A stretch of DNA of 64,000 bases. Origin: Patescibacteria group bacterium (GTDB taxonomy: Bacteria; Patescibacteriota; Patescibacteriia; GWA2-46-9). A model generated the notes under the pieces. That model had not been told where the DNA came from and did no database searches. It was given only the letters and a program-made list of their open reading frames with translations. Below are positions 58,982 through 64,000 of this stretch, one piece after another. The translations under genes were made by a program, and so were the position numbers. Within the stretch, counting starts at the first letter, position 1, and every line of letters begins with the position of its first letter. The stretch lies in NCBI GenBank assembly GCA_041660005.1, contig JBAZXG010000005.1:4064-68063 (forward strand), in the 5' to 3' direction.

Positions 58982-59386
58982 CTAAGTCTCTAAAGTATAG
59001 CGAAAAACCCACTTTTTAGCGAATAGGAAGTTCCAGCACAGCGCTACAATCAAAATGGCTAACACCTTTGCTGCGAGATCATAGATATGGATAGTTTCCA
59101 CAAAAAGCGCTAAAAGAAGATTTTGCCATAGAATGCCAAGGCCGTAGACCGTTAAAAATTTGCCGTACCGACTCAGTGACAGTGGCGCTGGGTGGCGAAA
59201 GGTCCAGAGATGGTGCAGGGTGTAAGCAACGCTTGCCCCCAAAAACGAAGTTCCAACACTCGTCGCCAAATAGTGTGCGTAAAAAAACGGGATAAGACGA
59301 GTAAGCAAACTATAGCTACCAAAGTCAGCCACAGCAGAAGTTGCGCCGACGCTAGCAAAACGAAACAGTTGAGTCAGAAGCTCCAT
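58982..59386 (-). CDS. GtrA family protein (putative flippase)
   Basis: RFASVG, WTF, WNF...WVF; four TM helices. Confidence 0.9.
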   Translation of the reverse strand: MELLTQLFRFASVGATSAVADFGSYSLLTRLIPFFYAHYLATSVGTSFLGASVAYTLHHLWTFRHPAPLSLSRYGKFLTVYGLGILWQNLLLALFVETIHIYDLAAKVLAILIVALCWNFLFAKKWVFRYTLET

Positions 59387-59395
59387 AGTGACACC

Positions 59396-61474
59396 CTATC
59401 TCAGTACCGCAACATTAATGCCAGCTCGGTAATACTGGTTATAGGCAAAGAATTGCCCAATCACTTTTCCTTGTGGTGTAAAGATTCGCACCTGCGGACC
59501 GCCGCCAGTTAGTGGCGCAATAACAATTTCATCAACGCCATCACTCGTAACATCACCAACACTCAACGAAACGCCGCCACGAAAGGTCTCCGGCAAAACA
59601 AAAAACTGATTCAACATTCGTCCGAAGCCATTAAATAGGCGCACTTGCGGACCACCGCCAGCCACGGGTGCAATAGCAATTTCTGCCTGTCCGTTTCCGT
59701 CTAAGTCTCCGCTTGCAACATTCACGCCGCCACGATAGGTCGGGTACGGGTACCATTCGCGAAGCAAATTTCCTTGGTCGTTGAACACACGCACGGGCAG
59801 GAATAAAGTTGTTGAGCTGACAATAATTTCATCTTTACCATCACCATTAACATCACCCGCCGCAACGCTAAACCCGCCGCGCAAGTTTTTGTCGTAGGCG
59901 AAAAATTGTGTGCGCAAGTTGCCGCCCCGATCGAAGACGCGAATCTGCGGACCGCTAGCGTTCGCCGCGGCTACAATAATACTGCCAACGCCGTCGCCAA
60001 ATATGTTACCGGCTGCAACGTTAATACCACTTCGGATGGGACGACTAAACGCGTACCACTGCGACAACGTTTCTCCATTTGTTGAAAGCATACGCACCCG
60101 ACCGAGCCCACTCTGCCCTTCGCCGATAATTATTCTCTGGTCGCCCCGTATAATGGCGCTTATGCGCACGCCACCATCTTCCGGAACGGAACGAGAATTT
60201 TCACTGACCGCAATGCCGCCTCCGCCGACAAAATCCTTACCGTAAACGGACCAGTTGTGCTGCATGGAGCCGTCGTTAAAAAACAGCTTGAGCTGCGGTT
60301 CATATAGTGTGTGCGCAACGGTGATAATGCGGCCAGCGGTGTTTGCCAAAGCCACAGGAGGAACTCTCGCAGGTGCCTCTGCGCCGAGTAAGGCACGACT
60401 GGCATCTACCCGCCCAACACCGAGCTTGCCAGTATAACCGTGATTCACCGTACTGATGTCGTCAGCACTTTTTAATAAAATATCGGTAATCTGAGCGTTC
60501 GTCAGTGTGGGATGAGCCGATTTTATAAGCGCCGCCACGCCAGTTACAACAGGCGCAGCAACAGACGTCCCAGACCAGCCGCCACCATAAGCATCGGTAA
60601 GACCTCTGGCAATGTCATACACTTCTGTGCTAAAAAAAAGCGTTCCCGGTGCAACAATATCCACGCAGCTTCCATAGTTTCCTGTCAGCAACCGCTGGTC
60701 CAGTGTATCAGTAGCGCCAACGCCGAGAATCCAATTTTCTTTTGCTCCGCTGTCAAAACAAACCGGGTAACGCGGGGATTGATCAAGGTTGCCGCCCGTA
60801 CCGTCGTTGTTGCCCGCAGCAACCACAATGAGAACGCCAGCATCATAGGCACGTCTTACCGCAGCATACAAACGATTACTATATCCCAGTCCAACAAAAC
60901 TTAAGTTAATGATGTCGGAACCATTCTTGACTGCGTAATCAACGGCGTCTGCTACGATATTAACGTCGCCCTCCCCTTTTGAGTCGAGAACTCTGAGCGG
61001 CATAATGCGCGTGTGCCAAGCAAGACCCGCAATGCCTTCAACATTATTTCCCGCCGCTGCAATAATTCCGGAAACAACCGTACCGTGATTCAGCGCTGTT
61101 CTACTAAACGGCGGCGTTGCATCAGGCCGTGGGTCTGCGGTACTTGAAACGAAGTCCCATCCGTTGACGTCGTCAATATATCCATTACCATCATTGTCTT
61201 TTCCGTCACCGGCAATTTCGCCGGGGTTTCGCCAAATATTTTCCCGAAGATCGGGGTGGTAAATATCAACACCGGTATCAAGAACTGCCACGACGACGTC
61301 TGGTACTCCCGTCGTTGTTTCCCACGCCGCAGGCGCACCAATTTGCTGCAAGTACCATTGCTTCGGATAGTAAACGTCGTTTGGGTCAAAGGCAGCAAGG
61401 ACTGGCTGACCAACAAACAGAAGAGTCAAGGATAAACCAATACATTTATTTAAAGTACACAAAAAATGTCTCAT
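59396..61474 (-). CDS. Subtilisin-like S8 peptidase with FG-GAP/VCBS-like repeats
   Basis: Signal peptide; triad LDTG/HGT/GTS; repeats of GGV.VA.GD..GDG..EI...GGPQVR. Confidence 0.94.
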   Translation of the reverse strand: MRHFLCTLNKCIGLSLTLLFVGQPVLAAFDPNDVYYPKQWYLQQIGAPAAWETTTGVPDVVVAVLDTGVDIYHPDLRENIWRNPGEIAGDGKDNDGNGYIDDVNGWDFVSSTADPRPDATPPFSRTALNHGTVVSGIIAAAGNNVEGIAGLAWHTRIMPLRVLDSKGEGDVNIVADAVDYAVKNGSDIINLSFVGLGYSNRLYAAVRRAYDAGVLIVVAAGNNDGTGGNLDQSPRYPVCFDSGAKENWILGVGATDTLDQRLLTGNYGSCVDIVAPGTLFFSTEVYDIARGLTDAYGGGWSGTSVAAPVVTGVAALIKSAHPTLTNAQITDILLKSADDISTVNHGYTGKLGVGRVDASRALLGAEAPARVPPVALANTAGRIITVAHTLYEPQLKLFFNDGSMQHNWSVYGKDFVGGGGIAVSENSRSVPEDGGVRISAIIRGDQRIIIGEGQSGLGRVRMLSTNGETLSQWYAFSRPIRSGINVAAGNIFGDGVGSIIVAAANASGPQIRVFDRGGNLRTQFFAYDKNLRGGFSVAAGDVNGDGKDEIIVSSTTLFLPVRVFNDQGNLLREWYPYPTYRGGVNVASGDLDGNGQAEIAIAPVAGGGPQVRLFNGFGRMLNQFFVLPETFRGGVSLSVGDVTSDGVDEIVIAPLTGGGPQVRIFTPQGKVIGQFFAYNQYYRAGINVAVLR

Positions 61475-61603
61475 AGATGACTTAGATTATAGCACGACTT
61501 TTATTAACTACCGAAGTCAATAAAAATAGCTAACATTAAAACTAATAACTTGTAGGTGTTCATAAATCAACAACCCATCCGCAGGTGGTCAAGAAAGGAA
61601 CTT

Positions 61604-61678
61604 TTATTGCCGAGGATAACGAGCGAAGCACAAACTACAGTTTGTATTTCCGAGCAACGCAGGCAACAAAGGGTTTTA
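61604..61678 (+). repeat. 5' half of the dispersed structured repeat (copy D)
   Basis: TTATTGCCGAGGATAACGAGCGAAG...CAAAGGGTTTTA. Confidence 0.7.
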
Positions 61679-61692
61679 TGTCATGTATTACG

Positions 61693-61736
61693 ATTTTTAC
61701 ACCATTTTGTGCGTACGCACAAAATGGTGTAAAAAT
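61693..61736. repeat. Perfect 44-bp palindrome
   Basis: ATTTTTACACCATTTTGTGCGT|ACGCACAAAATGGTGTAAAAAT. Confidence 0.95.
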
Positions 61737-61850
61737 TGAAAAACTCAAAAAGCAATAATACCAATTAACTCATTTCAGCTTTGTTTCGTTATTTTAAGGA
61801 CTCAACTAATCAATTACCCCACCCCAGGGGGGACGGGATATGTAATGGTG

Positions 61851-61980
61851 ATCCCACTTCGCTGAGTCAAACTCATTTCCTTCACTTAAGCTACGGACGG
61901 TCAAGGAGCTACGAGGGATATTTTTGTCTTCTGCAACAGTAACCTCGCGGCAAGCCGACGAGGTATTGGGGACAAAAATA
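61851..61980. repeat. Cluster of nested REP-like imperfect palindromes
   Basis: ATCCCACTTCGCT...AGCTACGAGGGAT; TATTTTTGTC...ACCTCGCGGCAAGCCGACGAGGT...GACAAAAATA. Confidence 0.55.
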
Positions 61981-61982
61981 GA

Positions 61983-62639
61983 CTACCTTGCAGCTAAACT
62001 AAAATGCTTGCAATACTTGGCATCATCTTCAATTTTTTCAACAAGCGCATACGTTAAGTTGTCCGTTAAGTGGTAATGACGTCGCAACATCACAACTAAC
62101 TCATAACAATCGTAGGGGTATAAATAAACACTTTTTTGTATCTGCAATAGGCCAACGCGCTGCAGTGTCCGGCGAATGCTATTTCGAAATTTATGTTCTG
62201 TTTGTGGAATATCGAAAATAACTAACCTCCATTTTTTGTCCCATGTCTTTTTCATTTTAGGACGCCAGTGTGAAATACCAACAGCATCGAGCTTGTCTTT
62301 CCCCTTCTTTGTTAACTCAATAAGTTGTTCACCGTGCAATTTACGAATACGTATATACCCATGTGTGGCTAACCGACTAATTGCCGACCTCATATCAGCA
62401 ACCGTGAATTCGCGAGCATGCTTTTTGCGTGGTTTTGCAAAAAGAACCATGGCATTTGGTGCAAGGACAGCCACAGAAACTACCCCGACGACCAACACAG
62501 TCTTTAAAATATATGGCAATATATTCTGACGACTACTTGAACCAAACTGCATGTCATCATTTAAAATTTTATCAATTATTGATTGATTGAACTTTGTTTC
62601 TTTCTTTTGAGCTGTGGCTTGTTTGTTTATTTTTGTCAT
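61983..62639 (-). CDS. PaaX-like protein: winged HTH plus Cas2-like central domain
   Basis: RSAISRL...GYI...IELTKKG, then WDKKWRLVIFDIP...R...R..L...G...IQKSVY. Confidence 0.85.
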   Translation of the reverse strand: MTKINKQATAQKKETKFNQSIIDKILNDDMQFGSSSRQNILPYILKTVLVVGVVSVAVLAPNAMVLFAKPRKKHAREFTVADMRSAISRLATHGYIRIRKLHGEQLIELTKKGKDKLDAVGISHWRPKMKKTWDKKWRLVIFDIPQTEHKFRNSIRRTLQRVGLLQIQKSVYLYPYDCYELVVMLRRHYHLTDNLTYALVEKIEDDAKYCKHFSLAAR

Positions 62640-62646
62640 AATATCA

Positions 62647-62686
62647 TTTTACATATTTTTGTGCGTACGCACAAAAATATGTAAAA
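62647..62686. repeat. Perfect 40-bp palindrome overlapping the predicted promoter of the PaaX-like gene
   Basis: TTTTACATATTTTTGTGCGT|ACGCACAAAAATATGTAAAA; TAAAAT lies 6 nt before ATG 62639. Confidence 0.95.
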
Positions 62687-62816
62687 ACTACTTCTTGTAT
62701 TAAAATTCAAGCACCCACTAATAATTTGAACGATTGTTTTGGTAACTGCATAAATGCAAGTATACCAAATCAAAATCAACTGCGCTCCCTTGTCCTATCG
62801 AACTGCAAAAGCCGGA

Positions 62817-63488
62817 CTACTTTGTTTGGCTTATTTTTGCCTTAAGCTCTTGCACTTTAAGTTCATACTCTGCTTTATTTTGGTCGGACTTGTCTGCTAA
62901 AATTTGCCAGTATTTTATGGCGCTCGCGTAATCTTTCGTAACAGTCTCCAAGAATACGGCGTAGGCCTTCACAACGTTTAAGTTCTGACCACTTTTTGTA
63001 ACGGCGTCTGCGTAGAAATCATTGGCTGCACTGGTGTCGTGTAAATCATTCACATAAATTGTAGCGACGTCAAGCCAATATTCCGGTGCTTGCGGCGCTG
63101 CTTTGTATACACCCATATACGCTCCTATGGCTTCCTTATATTTACCTTGGAGAACATACATCCTCCCAAGGTTACTGAGGTATCGAGGGTCGTGCGCGTC
63201 TCTCTTGTTGGCGATAATAAACGCATTTGCCGCACCACTGTAATCGTTAAAGGCAGCGCGCAAAATACCAATCTGGTTATACAGACCTGCCTCATTCTTC
63301 CCCCACTCACCCGGGTGGTTCAACAGATCATGCTGACGATTTAAGTAATCTTTCTTCGCTTGGTCGCTTAAACTCGCAGGGAAATTGAGGCGCGTGTTCC
63401 AATAGCGAAAAGCGTAGGGGTATACAAAAAATGCACCGGCAACCAAAAGAACAATTAAACCAGCAACTATTGTTTGAATTTTTTTCAT
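62817..63488 (-). CDS. Membrane-anchored TPR-repeat protein
   Basis: N-terminal TM helix; YNQIG...A...F, YLSNLG..Y...G.Y.EA repeats. Confidence 0.85.
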   Translation of the reverse strand: MKKIQTIVAGLIVLLVAGAFFVYPYAFRYWNTRLNFPASLSDQAKKDYLNRQHDLLNHPGEWGKNEAGLYNQIGILRAAFNDYSGAANAFIIANKRDAHDPRYLSNLGRMYVLQGKYKEAIGAYMGVYKAAPQAPEYWLDVATIYVNDLHDTSAANDFYADAVTKSGQNLNVVKAYAVFLETVTKDYASAIKYWQILADKSDQNKAEYELKVQELKAKISQTK

Positions 63489-63660
63489 AGTAGCGAATAG
63501 CATAGCAATTCTCGGGCGCGCAAGGCAAGTACGCGTATATTAATACAAGTGACAATATTGACTCAATTTAACATTCTTACATTCTTGAGAATGTTGGAAT
63601 ATCAAAGTTAGTTTTCGATAGTAAATGCCGAAAAAATAGGGTTGCTTTGGTACACCATAA

Positions 63661-63708
63661 GCAAAACCCCCTCCGTGTCCGCCGTTAGGCGGATCGGAGG
63701 GGGTTTGC
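63661..63708 (-). terminator. Terminator-like hairpin with embedded TCCGCC-N4-GGCGGA palindrome
   Basis: GCAAAACCCCCTCCG-TG-TCCGCCGTTAGGCGGA-TCGGAGGGGGTTTGC. Confidence 0.65.
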
Positions 63709-63760
63709 TCGATCAGGCAACTACTGCCGTGATCCCAACCTTACTAAGTCCTACAACGGA

Positions 63761-64000
63761 TTAGTAGAGGAAGGTCGGACCGTTCACCGGGTAGCTATCC
63801 GAGATAGTAAAGCCTGTGAGAGCTGAACCACCGGACGGAGTGTAGCCCCAGGTCAAGCCGCCATTAGAAGCGCCTTGGGTCCCGTTAATCTTCGTGTTGA
63901 AGCTAACAGTTGAACCACTTACTGCACCAGTACGTACAGCTGTGGTGTCGGCCTTAACCGTGAGGGTCAGACCTGAACCAGCTGTAACTCCCTGTGAAGC
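63761..64000 (-). CDS. C-terminus of a Gly/Ser/Thr-rich beta-strand surface protein (start outside the window)
   Basis: Not in the ORF track; open frame ...GLTLTVKADTT...GLTWGYTP...YPVNGPTFLY*. Confidence 0.75.
   Translation of the reverse strand, partial: ASQGVTAGSGLTLTVKADTTAVRTGAVSGSTVSFNTKINGTQGASNGGLTWGYTPSGGSALTGFTISDSYPVNGPTFLY

Noticed and set aside
61983-62639. CRISPR-Cas locus suggested by the Cas2-like motif
   Set aside because: No repeat-spacer array, cas1 or other cas genes; the protein has a PaaX-like wHTH architecture

Overview
Chromosomal segment of a small-genome bacterium using genetic code 11. Gene content and style (pilB-C-M-N-O without a secretin, sigma4/HTH fusion, standalone PaaX/Cas2-like gene, giant surface protein, few Shine-Dalgarno sites) suggest Patescibacteria/CPR; this is an inference. 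The window holds secA/secD/secF, mraY-ftsW-murG-murC-murB-hpf, murA, a type IV pilus assembly operon, rpmA, rplI, pyrG, surE, fluC, ctpA, an rml-type sugar pathway, a 1940-aa surface protein and a glycosyltransferase cluster. No rRNA, tRNA, CRISPR array, transposase or integrase was recognised. Most notable: (1) a wHTH/Cas2-like (PaaX-like) gene bracketed by two perfect 40- and 44-bp palindromes that differ by symmetric substitutions; (2) a dispersed ~168-bp structured element with TTAT ends (3 full and 2 partial copies); (3) a candidate pseudoknotted ncRNA between the divergent cell-wall and pilus operons; (4) SecD with an inserted, apparently circularly permuted parvulin domain; (5) a duplicated secA SEC-C tail; (6) recurrent leaderless promoters. 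Product calls come from motif recognition only; no database search was run.
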